The notes beneath the pieces were generated by a model, which worked only from the letters and a program-made list of their open reading frames with translations, was not told the origin of the DNA and did no database searches. The position numbers and the translations under genes are program-made. A stretch of 64,000 bases of DNA. Source: Eledone cirrhosa. Taxonomy: Eukaryota. The stretch spans positions 101,308,001-101,372,000 of the forward strand of contig OZ024741.1 of NCBI GenBank assembly GCA_964016885.1, given 5' to 3'. Shown piece after piece: positions 1 to 11,919 of the stretch (position 1 is its first letter; the number at the start of each line of letters is the position of its first letter).

Positions 1-637
1 TAATTCTCAGAGCAGGCAGAACGTACTTTTGAACAAAAACACTTAATTTCATTTTGCTCCAGTCCACTCATCTGAAAATGAATACCAGCAGCAACATATG
101 GGAGGAGGGTTGAACTCTACGATGGACAGGCGTGGTTGAGTAAAATCTCATACTCTTTCTTATAAACTCCAGGCTGAAACTCTGGGTTTTGGATAGACTT
201 TAACTTTCTTTTAAAACTAACACACGCATACATACAATTTTTGAACGACACCTCATTTAAATTTGTGAAACAATTCAGGGGAGACAATTTAATTTCAAAA
301 CTAATGAGATTTTGTGTCGTTCATGCCGCTCTCAATGACATTAATAACCCCCAGTTGAAGTCAAGCTGCTATAACTAGGATGAAAACCGAGGTGATCGTT
401 TCAATTTACCGAACGCTTATCTCGATCCCGATCATCAAACCTGGGTGTCCTTAACTTGTGAAGGACGAAAAGGATACAAGTGGAAGAGCAACAAATTAAG
501 AGTTAAAACAATTGGTTTTCCATTTATGAGCACATATTTACACTATCTTAAAACATATTAAGAACAATAAAGTAGTAGCATCTGCAGAGTTCACATTTCA
601 CACACATCAGTTGTATGTTCTGTATTACGTCGCTCAC

Positions 638-1165
638 CTGTGGTGCAACGTTGCTGTAATAAAAAGTTTCTTGAAGGTTTTTTCGTGATTGTAGATTATT
701 CGATGCCGCAGCCATATGGCCTCTGTCGTAACCACTCCCAGCGAAATCTTTGTCTGTCGCCCTAAAATATGCATGGATTGAAGGATCTTCCTCAAAACTA
801 CACAATTTCCTGTTAGCGTTTCTTTCCTTCAAGCTTTCAGGCGTCAGATGTTCAAATACCCAATTTGGACATCGAGTTCTTTGGTCGTAGGATAAAACGT
901 AATTGCCATACGAACGAAGGTTGCTCATGCTGGGAAAGCCGAATTTCATTATCTGGGCAACCCTATTTCCAGGCATCGGTCCGCTCGGAGTGATGCCGGC
1001 ATCATTATGTGTAGCCGGCAGTTCCCTAGCCTGGAGGGACGGAATTGGCAAAGGAACATCACATAAGTTTTTGTGCGATCGCACTTTCTCGAAACATACT
1101 CCCAAGCTGGTTCCAAGTGCCAGAGATATTCCTGACACAGTTACTAGTAGGCGATGGCTTCTCAT
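638..1165 (-). CDS. ENDOG: Endonuclease G (mitochondrial), coding exon 1; remainder lies beyond the left edge
   Basis: Translation MRSHRLL...IMKFGFPS...YVLSYDQRTRCPNWVFEHLT...GSGYDRGHMAAASN...TFYYSNVAPQ contains the DRGH beta-beta-alpha-metal nuclease motif typical of EndoG. First in-frame ATG at 1165; donor CAG|GTGAG after NVAPQ at 638/637. Confidence 0.93.
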
Positions 1166-1218
1166 CGCATCAAAAACATGAATACCAAAAGGTAACACAG
1201 AAGATAGGCCGCCGACAT
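1162..1218 (-). other. Upstream ORF (18 aa, MSAAYLLCYLLVFMFLMR*) whose TGA overlaps the ENDOG ATG
   Basis: ATG at 1218 reads to TGA at 1164-1162, overlapping the ENDOG start as ATGA. It is in the mRNA only if the TSS is upstream of 1218, which is unknown. Confidence 0.45.
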
Positions 1219-1266
1219 GAATGTTTACTGGCCGGATATTTACATAAGATTGTAGTAACTATGATA

Positions 1267-1380
1267 AGAGTGATCTCCCCTGATCTGAATACATGTTCTG
1301 TATTGAATTAGATATTTAAAAAAACAACAAAACAAAAAACAAAAAAAAAAAGCAGAAAAAATTGCTAATAAGACGGAAGT
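1267..1380 (-). promoter_or_regulatory. Putative ENDOG proximal promoter
   Basis: ETS-like CGGAAGT at 1374-1380 and AGAGTGATCTCCCCT (1267-1281), the latter shared with the NOP53 upstream region. Confidence 0.5.
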
Positions 1381-4300
1381 TTTTTTGTTTTTTTTTCAAC
1401 TATTTGGTATTTATATAAAATAGAGCCGGATATGTCCGACAATAAAATCAAATTGAAAGGTAATGAAAGTGAATGCTAAAAAGTCTAACTCTCCGATGGT
1501 TGTCGAACCTATGACAAATCTCCATCTCCACTGTTCATTTGTGTTCCCTACTGATACCAGTGTAGACACATAGTATATTGAAAATATATGGTAAACAAAG
1601 AAACAGCTCAAAGATTACAGCTGAATCGTTCGGAATTTGGTTAAAATTCAAGTAATTTTCAATTTCATTTTATTACCAGCTATACCCCCACTCTATTCTA
1701 TACGAATACCAACTATTTATATAATTCATTTTAGCTAATAGCAATGGAAGTACGTACGCACACGCTTCTACTCGTTTCAAGGATTTTGTTGATTACATCA
1801 ACCTTAGTAAGAGGAAAAGCAAAGGCGACTTGGGAGGGATTTAAACTCAGGATATAACCAAATATAACAAGGTGTTTTATTCGACGCTCTATCGATTCTG
1901 ATACCCACTCCCAATGTATAATGTGTATAATTGTTTCCATTGACAAAATTGCATTTTCGAACTTTAGCCAACTGAATGTTATGGCGTTACGCAGTGAAGT
2001 CAAACCAGGAATCACACAAATACATAGTAAAATTCTTAACAAAGCAGCAACATTTGCACCCACACATGTAGATCAGAGATCAGCTTACAATCTATTCAGA
2101 GTCTATAAGAAGAGAAGGTACAGTAGAATATCAGTTCAAGACTTGGACAGCATTAAAAAAAAACAACTCCCAGTCAGCTTGAAATGTGAGAGAAACTTCC
2201 ACTTTAATGGGCCTCCTAAAAGTAGTTTGACCAACCTTACAAAATTTATCAGAGGCCCTGTCTCTTGTAAATGAGGTATTAATGGATGGCCCTCACTGCT
2301 GAGATTAATAATGCACAGTGTGAAGTCAAAAACAAAAGGGCAATGTTGTCATTAGACTATCAAATTAAAGCATCCCCAAAGCCTGGAGGTTCTTCAAGCC
2401 AGAGCTTATCCCAGATTCATTGTTATTTAAGTCGCTGAGAGGACAAGATTTCCCCAGGGACAAAATGCCAGTCCAGCACAGAGTTAACCGCCAGCTGCTG
2501 CTGATATTTGTTTTCAGCATAGTGGAATGGAGCAACATGAAATGCAGTTTTGCTCCAGAACGCCATGCAATTTAACCAACCCACAATGACCATGAGCCTA
2601 ACACCCAAACCATTAGGCAGCACACTTTCACAAGTCTATACATGGTTAACAAAGAAAATCGGTCAGGAAGAAAAAAGACTGGGGACTTCTTCAGTGGGTT
2701 GGGTTCCTACTACAAAGGCATCAGATATGGTTCAGAAAGCAGAAGTGATCATTGTAGCGTGTTCAATATTTTGCCATTCCTAAGTCTGAGCACAATGAAG
2801 TCAATATCAGTAATATAATTGTTTCTACATATGGCACAATGCCATCAATTACTACCCAGTATATTACTGGTACTTTATTTTATCGACCCCATAAGGATGA
2901 AAAGCAAAGTTAACTTCGGCGGGATTTGAACTCAGACTGTAAAGGGACGTAACTATGCTGGAAAGCATTATATTACCAGTAATATAATGATTCCTTTGAA
3001 AAGCAAAGGTGACATCAGCAGGGTTTGAATTCAGAATATAAAAACCCAAAACAAATACTACAAAGCATTGTCTGCTAACCTACTGCTCTGATACCTGTAA
3101 TACGAGTCTTTGTGACAACGAACTCCAGTTCATACAGCTTTGTATTTTGTTGACCTGGTAGTGATAAAATTGTTAAAATTCACACTTAGAATGTAGAATC
3201 ATCATCGTTTACTGTTCATTTACCACATTTGCATGGATTAGACAGGTTGTCATGTTACGAGACATTTCGGGTCAGGAGACTGTGTCTTGTTCATTTGGAC
3301 CTGCATTCTGGCTTAGTTTCTACAACTGGATGTCCTTCCTAACACCTATGTAGAATGGTGAAACTAAATCATTTTACCAAAGTAAGTGTTAACATAATTA
3401 ATGCTTGGATAACCAAAACGCTAAGTAAATATATTTCGAAGAAAAAAACCATTAGTCAATAAGTAATATTTTAATTTTGTTAAGTACAGAAGACAATTCT
3501 GGAAATATTTTGGTCTTAACTGCTTATCAACAAATCATAGCCTTTAGTGTTCTGAACAAATTATTGATAGAATCATTTTGTAGATGTAAATAAAACATTA
3601 AACAGACCAATCTGAATAAATAAAAAGCAGTCATATCTGGGGTTCTGCTGTCCCAAATCCATGTTTACGGTGTCTATTAATTATTTGATATTGCTCATAG
3701 TTCTGTCTGAGGAATTAAATTTCACACTTTCTGACATGACAGTATTTGGTTGTTGTTGTTTATCCCCAAGTGTCCTGATTGAGTAAAATTTTGATAAAAT
3801 GTCTTTCAGCCATAACCTTTTTTTTTAAAAAGAGAATAGATCAAGGGTTACATTAATCCAAGATGTCCTTTTCAAGAGGGTAGGGTATGATTTGGCTGTT
3901 CTTTATAGCTTGCCAAGCTCCTTCATTAGTTTGTCAATGGTTATACAATGTGTTATGGTAGTCAAACAATTAAACCACTTATTGATTATAGTGCTCTGGT
4001 TATTTATAGCAGTAAACTGCAACTCTTCAGGTTCCTATTTACAGCTAAATGAACCAGCCAAACACCGATTCAGTCAGTCAGTTCTAGATCTTCATTCACA
4101 TTTAATTTACCATGTTTTTTTTTGTTTTTTAATAAATATTCTTTATTCCATATAAGCAAAGGAGGGAAGAATTATATTTTATTGCAATCTAGGTTGATCA
4201 TAGTTGTTTTTTTTATCCACCTTTTCATTAGTCAGATGGAATTTATCCACCTTTTCATTAGTCAGATGGAATTCCCAATGCCAACCTTTATTTTTTTTTT

Positions 4301-5208
4301 AAAAGTATGATATATATCAGACTTGTTGAACCACTAAGCAGTGGTACATACCATCACATTGTTTTAAACAGTACCGATATGGAAACATATGCAGAGATAA
4401 ATACACACACCTATTTCTGTGAATGTATGTGTGTACATATATATATTATATACATACACACACACAGCAGTTTCTATTTACCAATTCCACTCAAAGTCAT
4501 TGACTGGCCCGAAGTTATAGAAGACATATGCCTATGGTGCTGTGCAGTGGGATTAAAATGGAAACCAGATGACTGTAAAGCAAACTTCTTAACCACATAA
4601 TCATGCCGGTTCTTTAACAAATAAATAAAATAAAACAGTTTAAACTAGAGGACACTGCTGCTGTTGCTTAGTTTGATGATTATAGCAACAAAACAATAAT
4701 AATTGTTTCTACTTTTGGCACAAGGCCAGCAATTACCCAGTGGTACTTTATTTTATCGACCACATAAGGATGAAAGGCAAAGTTAACTTCGGCGGGATTT
4801 GAACTCAGAATGGCAAGGACCATAACTATGCGTCAAAGCATGGCGTCCGACCCTCTACTGATACTGCCAATCCACATAGTTTCAAATTTAGGCACAAGGA
4901 CAACAATTGTAGAGAAGAGAAAAGTTGACCATGTGACTTGAGCACTTCACTGATACTTTATTTTATTGATCTCAGAAATATGAAAGGTACAATTGACCGC
5001 TGTGGCATTTGAACTAAGAACACAAAGAGCTGTCTGTAACAAAGATTGCAAATCATTTGGTCAGTGCTCTAATGATTCTGCCATTCCACTGCACTCACAA
5101 AACAGCAATAATAATGACACATAAGACAACAAAAATAACACAAAACCGATTTAGAAACATGGATTTATTAAAATTTTCACTGAAAGAAGTTTTTCTCTCT
5201 CTGGCAAA

Positions 5209-5215
5209 TTATTGC
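5209..5215 (-). CDS. NOP53: NOP53 exon 14 (terminal; G CAA TAA)
   Basis: Acceptor atattttacag|GCAATAA is in phase with the exon 13 donor CC|gtaagt and gives ...KEDPQ*. AATAAA at 5169-5164 lies ~40 nt after the stop. Confidence 0.7.
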
Positions 5216-5319
5216 CTGTAAAATATAAATATGAAAAATAATTTGTAATGATTGTCAACAATTGATTAAGAAACAAAATATAACTGTCAGGGCTATATTA
5301 ATTGAATAAGATTGAGATA

Positions 5320-5990
5320 GAAGAAATAGTTTAAAGTGAAGTGTCACTGTTAATAATGTAGCAATTGTTAGACTTATTCATCATGAACTGCAGAGAATGA
5401 TGGGAATAGAGTCAGAGATGAATGTTGTGAAGTGAAATGAGATGGTTGGGTCATGTATTGAAGAAGGATGAAAGTGACTATATAAGAGGAGTGAAGGGAA
5501 TAGAGCCAGTGACGAATGTTGTGAAGAGAAGGAGAATTAGATGATTAGGTCATGTATTGAGGAAAGATGAAAGTGATTGGGTCATGTATAGTGGGAGGAT
5601 GCAAGTGACTGGGTGATACGAATAGAACAAGTAATGAATGTTGTGAAGAGTAATGGAATTAGATGATTGGGTTATGTGTTGGAAAAGGATGAAAATGGCT
5701 GGGTGAAAGGAGTGTTGGAAACAGAGTTAGTGAAAAGAAAAAAAATGAGATGGTTGCGTTGTGCATTGAGGAAGGATGAGAGTAAAGTCAATGATGAATA
5801 TTGTGAAAAGAAATGGAATGAGATGTTTATGTCATGTGTTGATTTAGAGTGAAAATGAGTGGGTGTGAGGGGTAACGAGAATAGAGCTAATAATAAATGT
5901 TGTGCAGAGAAATTGAATGAGATGGTTGGGTCATGTGTTGAAGGATGAAAACTACTGAGTGAGAAGTGATAGAATGAATGTGGAACAAAG
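5320..5990 (+). repeat. ~80-bp degenerate minisatellite built from an RTE LINE C-terminal coding segment
   Basis: Repeated units like gaatagagtcagagatgaatgttgtgaag...agatggttgggtcatgtattgaagaaggatgaaagtgact; translation resembles RTE (R)LRW.GHV.R.DE..WV. Confidence 0.7.
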
Positions 5991-7268
5991 TAGAAGACTG
6001 AGAAAGATGGCTAAAGATGATGGAGGAGGAAATGAAAGCTAGTGGGGGTGATGAAGGGAGGATACAGACAATAGGATAAAATAGATAAGCTTTTCATGGG
6101 GCCCCATATAAAGCTAACCCTTGGTATTATTTTTAGACATACAGCTGGCTAAGTGGATATTGTGTTGCCCTACAGATTTAGCAACCGATAGTTCACAGCC
6201 CTGTCACTTAACTCTTGCTAAATGTAAATAAGTAAGCTATAAATGTCCATAAGACATCATTATCCTTTTACACCTATTTCCCATACTGGTATGGGTTAGA
6301 TAGATCATCACAGACCAAGACAAGACATGGTCAGATAACCACATATAGCTCATACATTACATATTTTAGCATGGTTTCTACAATTGGATGCCCTTTCTAA
6401 TGTCAATCACATTACAGAATGTAAGGGGTGCATTTTATCATGACACTAGCACTCCCACTTTACAACGTACACAGGGTGCACTTAATTGCGGCACTAGCAC
6501 TATAGAGTGGCCATGTGCTTGGCCAGATTGAAAAGTCCTCTCTACTCTTTTCAAAATAGCTGTCATTTGGTGTGCTTTGTTAAAAGTTCACCTAAAGTCA
6601 AATATCACACTGACTATAACATGTTTTTAAATTACACCACCCCACCTGTATCTTAACATCACAAACTTTGTGCCTGAAACATTCATTTGTAACATTTGGA
6701 AGATGGGAAATTGACTGCAATATTCAACTGATACTTACTTATTCTATTGAAGTTTTGACCCTTTCAATACTGTATTTTGATTAATTAACCATTTCTTTAT
6801 TATGATGGTATTTGTAACATAACAAATATGTTGGGACATTTTAATTTAAATAGGAATCCTTTAAAATGGGTGATTTTGTTTCATAGAAAGAGAGGTTATT
6901 TTGGGCAGGTTAAAATCAAAATGGATATTGATGAAAAGCAAAATTGACAGCTGTAGAAATTGAATTTAGTAGATAAAGAGATATAATCTATACAGCAAGA
7001 TGTTTTGTCTGACACTAGTAATTTCATCAATTCATTTTTGCATCATATCTAAGATATTTATATATAATATCCTTTATGATTTAGCAGAAAACATTTAAAA
7101 ATAAGATTCTTAAATTCAAATTTTCAAAGTAACTTTACTAGTGGACAGATCATAGTGAAAATTAGCAGAAAATTATATACTTATTTTTAATGTAATCATA
7201 TGATACTGGATGTTAAAAGTTAAATATTTTTAACAACCAAAGATGAATTAGATGCAAATATTACTTAC

Positions 7269-7325
7269 GGATCTTCTTTGTGAGTACGTTTAACGTAGAC
7301 CTTTCGTTTGTATTTCTTCTGGTCC
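7269..7325 (-). CDS. NOP53: NOP53 exon 13 (R)DQKKYKRKVYVKRTHKED(P)
   Basis: Acceptor ttttacag, donor gtaagt; matches the NOP53 C-terminal KYKxK.V.KR pattern. Confidence 0.9.
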
Positions 7326-7834
7326 CTGTAAAAAATAGAGTTGTACACATTATTAATGAATTTTCAAACCAAAGCTAAACTGCTGACTTAAATTTTCACT
7401 AATTTAATTCACTAGAAGAATATCTAATTAACAAGGTTCTTGTGAATGTAAATAATAATTTCTTCTCTAGACACAAGGTCAGTAACTTTTGGAGGAAGGG
7501 AAATTTGATAAAATCGACTCCAGGACTTGACTGGTACTTATTTTATTGACCTCAAAAGGATAAAAGGCAAAGTTGACCTCAATGAGATTGGAACTCAAAA
7601 TGTAAAGAGACGTAACAAAATCCTTTGAAGCATTTTATCTGTCAATCCAACCACCCTTGTGAATATAAATAATAACATCTTCTGCAGATAGAAGGCATGA
7701 TTTATTATAGCTATAGCATTAGGACTAATGCCTGTATTCTTGGAATTCATTTTCCATGTTACACTTGCAATATCTTTTTCTAACAATTATAATTTTGAAG
7801 GTGAAAAAAAGAAAAAGAAAAACAACAAACAAAC

Positions 7835-7917
7835 CTTTTCTTGAAGACTTGTCGAGGTTCAAGGATATTTCTACGTTGTAAACTGGTAAATCGATCTTCT
7901 AAAAGATTTCCTTCCGG
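7835..7917 (-). CDS. NOP53: NOP53 exon 12 PEGNLLEDRFTSLQRRNILEPRQVFKK(R)
   Basis: Conserved NOP53 motif PEGN(I/L)L.DRF.S.QRRN..EPR; canonical AG/GT. Confidence 0.95.
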
Positions 7918-8564
7918 CTGACAAAAGAACATAATCAGAGTTTACGTTACCTAAATGTGTTGATTAGGTACAAGAGAGCAACATTTATGTAGGAGTAAAT
8001 GTTTCTGATATGTACCTTTCCTAAAGGACATAGCAACATAAATGGAAGCAAGCACAAACCACCCATCAAATAAACTGTGCAGTCCTTGAACAGTATTTTT
8101 TTTTCAGTTTCAGAATTACAGAAAAAAACAGGACACTAAAGTAACCTAGTTTTTTCTTAGTGAAATCAGCAAAATAGTTGAAACTAGAAGAAAAAAAAAC
8201 TAAGCAGAATTTTACATTTACCTATTGATATTTGCTGCAATATTAGGAATTAATAAAACAATAAAAATTATTGTGTTTCGCTGTAAGCATTATGAAAATA
8301 TAGATAAAATCAAATAATGGTTTTTGATTTAGGCACAAGGCCAACAATTTTGGGGGAGTGGAAAGTTGATTAAATCAACCCCAGTGTGTTGCTGGCACTT
8401 TATTTTATCAACTCTAAAAGGACAAAAAGCAAAGTTAACCTCAACGAGATTAGAACTCAGAACGCAAAGAGACATAACTATATGCCGCAAAGCATGTTGT
8501 CCGATGCTATTAATACTGCCAATCCACTGCCCTTATACAAAAACAAATAAAATAGCTTACTTAC

Positions 8565-8631
8565 CACAACCCGACGGAGGGAATCTGGGAGTTCATTGGA
8601 GAGTTTTATATCCAGTCCAGGTTCAACAAAA
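8565..8631 (-). CDS. NOP53: NOP53 exon 11 (T)FVEPGLDIKLSNELPDSLRRVV
   Basis: Matches the NOP53 DV.LS.EL.DSLR motif; donor gtaagt; acceptor is preceded by a U12 branch site. Confidence 0.93.
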
Positions 8632-9516
8632 CTATGTCACTATTAAGGAATTAACAAAAAAAAACTCAGACTCTCTTATTCCATGTTGTAGCAGGTACAG
8701 CTCATCTATGTGGGTTTAGCTGACCACATATGAGGTTTCTTGAATGTTTTAAGGGGCTCCAGTTTCATCATGAAAAGTCTGGGTGCCAGTTTGTTGTAAG
8801 TTAACCCCCAGCTGCTCCTACTGGTACTCATATTCTTCCAGATCAGTAAACTGGAGCAATGTGAAATGAAGCATTTTGATTAAGGACACAATGTGCTGCC
8901 AGGTCCAGAAATCAAACTCATGACCCTTTGATCATGAGCCCCACATTAGGCTAGGTGCCTTCATTCCTAGATACACTAGTATAATTTTCTGGCTGCAGCC
9001 TCTCCCACATCATTGTTTAATGTCCACTTTCCCTGCTAGCAAGGATTGAACGGGTCAAACATAAACCAAGTCATCCACTTATTCCACGATATTTTGTGTA
9101 AACATTATTCCATGATATTTTGTGTAAACATTGATACAACACAATGTGTCATGACCTATCCCCTACTGCCAGAGTGTACTGAGTGTGTTTTGTCATGGCA
9201 CCAGCACTAGAGAAGATGTTATCATATCTTTGACAATATTAATAAGCTGACTTTATGCTTTGTTCTATCACCAGCCACTTTATATAGTGTATAGGGTGCA
9301 TTTTTTCATGGCAAAAACACTAACTCTTTACAAGGTGTAGTTGTTACATGCTCATCTTGACTGAAGAGTCTTCTCAAACCTGATATTGCCTTTGTTTGAT
9401 CCCCAACACTGTAGCCTCCAGGCTCTCACCACATTTTATTTTAATGTCACAGTGCTTACAAATTTCTGACTATGCACTAAGTTAAAAAAAAATTTTGTTT
9501 TTGATTTTAAGGATAC
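8632..9516 (-). other. U12-type (minor spliceosome) GT-AG intron, NOP53 intron 10
   Basis: 5' splice site GTATCCTT (9516-9509). Branch site TTCCTTAAT (8650-8642), with branch A ~12 nt from the terminal AG and no polypyrimidine tract. Reading frame is preserved across the junction. Confidence 0.92.
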
Positions 9517-9639
9517 GTAGTTTTGCACAGTCTCTTAGTTCTTGTTTTCTCAATTTCTTTCTTCTTGTTTTTCTTTGCAATTTTCTTCTGTTCAACTTCA
9601 GTATCAAATTTTTTTAATCCTTTAATTATACTCCGTACT
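9517..9639 (-). CDS. NOP53: NOP53 exon 10 (R)VRSIIKGLKKFDTEVEQKKIAKKNKKKEIEKTRTKRLCKT(T)
   Basis: Phase-consistent; acceptor ttctcag; basic segment ending in KRL.K as in NOP53. Confidence 0.9.
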
Positions 9640-10071
9640 CTGAGAATATAAAAAAAACAAAATGTTTTTCAAATTTGAAAACTATTTTATTGTCTTGGTG
9701 ATGAAGCTACAGAATAACTGAATAGTCATAGTTAAAATCTTTCCTCATTGGAGAGAGAGAGAGAGAGAATGGTGAAGTAAATGAAAGTGTAAGATTCAGT
9801 AAAGACATACATATAATGTATATAACATATACTATAGACACTATAAGGCATATGCTATAGATATACTATGACATTTACTGTAGATATACCATATGACATT
9901 TACTGGAGAGACACCATATAACATTTACTATAGAAAAGTTGAAATGATTGACTAAATCCCTTGCAAGTGATGTCTCTGAATGGCTGCATTCTAATAACTG
10001 AAACCAATAAATGAATAAAAGAATGTAGAACAGAATGACAACAAATATTTTCTTATAGAAAACATCTTTAC

Positions 10072-10127
10072 CTGAAAACATCATGTTCTCGTATCGTTAG
10101 TAACTTCTTAGTTTTCCTTGTTCTTTC
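10072..10127 (-). CDS. NOP53: NOP53 exon 9 ERTRKTKKLLTIREHDVF(R)
   Basis: Phase-consistent; tttatag acceptor and gtaaag donor; parallels human RHQELFR. Confidence 0.88.
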
Positions 10128-11919
10128 CTATAAAGAATAAATAACAAAGAGTAAAACAAATAAAATTACTTTTTGGTATGTGTTTCATCATTTTTATGTC
10201 TGTTTTTCCTTCTCATCTCCTCTGTTAGTCTCAGCAATTTGAGATCAGCTCACACCACCTCTGCCCAGGCCTGCCTTGGTCTACCTCTACTGCAACTTCC
10301 TACCACTAAGATTTTGTGGCACTTTTTCACCCAGTGATCATTATCCATGTCATCAGCATCACATGTCTGTACTAACAGTCTTCTCGGATTCTTCTTAAGC
10401 TTAATTTCAACCTCAGCTCATCCAAGCTCTGCTTTTCTCTCACATTTACATTGCATATTCAATGGAGCATGATTGATATATTTCTCTCCAGTCTACACGT
10501 CTTCTGCACTCACTGTCCATGTTTCACTACCATGCAGTATCACACATTGCACACAGGCGTCCTTTTATATGTAGGGTAAAAACGATTCATTAGTCTTGTA
10601 GGGGATATAACAACCTTATTTATGTTAGTGCAATGATGAAATGCACCAAATACACCCAGTAAAGTTGTTGATGTTAAGAAGGGCATCCAGTTGTAGAAAG
10701 CAAGTAAAAATGGAATGAATGACCGACGCTTGGTCCCTGGCTGGACTAGATATTCAGTAACTTTGAATAAGAACCAACTTTGACCATCTTCATTGAACTA
10801 CAGTGACAGCATACAATGGACATTTCCTCATTGTATGTCTGCTTTTCTATGCTGGCATGAGTTGGACAAAAGTAGATGGTTACAGTACCTGTATTTTTCA
10901 AAACATCACCTAAGTTCTAACAAGGATCAATGTTGTTGAACCCTTTTGTTACTATATATCTAATGACATGCATTGCCTAGATATTACAATTAATTTTGAA
11001 AATCTAGAATTTGGAGGAATTTAGTAAAGTAACTTTTTCATTGTTAAGCCGATGCTTGGGGAAAAAGTTCTTATATAAAATTATGATAAAAGGCTTTAAT
11101 ATAATTATGAACACTTTAAAAAAGCCGTTTGCATCATAAAACTAGGCAGGTTGGTATCAAGCAGGTTAATTTCAGTAAACAGATTAGAATCAGTTTTTCA
11201 GAGTAATATAACCATGAGCAAATAATTCATATGCATCAACTGGGAATACATTCACCATTGTTTTTACATCTGCTTACATCCAGTCTTACTCAATCCATGT
11301 TTTATGGTTGGACACACTTCCTGATGCTAATGCTTTAAGTCACCCCTTATGCAGTGCACTTATTCTAAAAATTGGGATACATATAGTATTTGGAATACAC
11401 AAAGTAAATAATGTATTTTATTAGAAGGCTAAAGCAATGCAAATGGGATATTTAATGTTAAAAGGAATGATAAAGACGTTGGAATATTATCCTAGAGTTG
11501 TTTAATAGTACTAAATATTTCAGGATAAAATCCCTTCATCAAAAGAAGAATGGAGGAAACTAATTCAGAGCAGGATATGTTGTATTGTCCTTATGTTGGA
11601 GCACCATATAAGAACAACACAAGATACCATGTTCCAGACTTCTAATAATTGTTTCTACTTTTGACTCAAGGCTAGCAATTATCCCAGTGCATTACTGGTA
11701 CTTTATTTTATCGACCCCATAAAGACGAAAGGCAAAGTTAACCTCGGTGGGATTTGAACTCAACTCAGAATGTAAAGGGACGTAACTCTATGCTGCAAAA
11801 CTTGGCGTCCGACTATCTACTGATACTACCAATCTACCAGTCTTCTAATAATGCATACTATTTTCTACATTTTACACAATGCTTCAAGTGAACTACAGCA
11901 CATAATAGTAAATATTTAA

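Noticed and set aside
548-637. C-terminal tail of the 216-aa ORF (VSDVIQN...) and its GTG-started N-terminal extension
   Set aside because: Read-through into intron 1 after the CAG|GTGAG donor; the ORF track uses non-ATG starts.
1921-2783. 117-aa and 77-aa + strand ORFs between ENDOG and NOP53
   Set aside because: No recognisable motif, homology or splice structure.
7950-8095. Two adjacent hairpins in NOP53 intron 11 followed by ACA (H/ACA snoRNA candidate)
   Set aside because: No ANANNA H box in the hinge, and the pocket-to-ACA distance is ~19 nt rather than 14-16. Not supportable without snoReport/Rfam.
8666-8771. C box ATGATGA ... D box CTGA in the U12 intron
   Set aside because: Lies at the end of a SINE-derived region; no terminal stem or recognisable rRNA guide.
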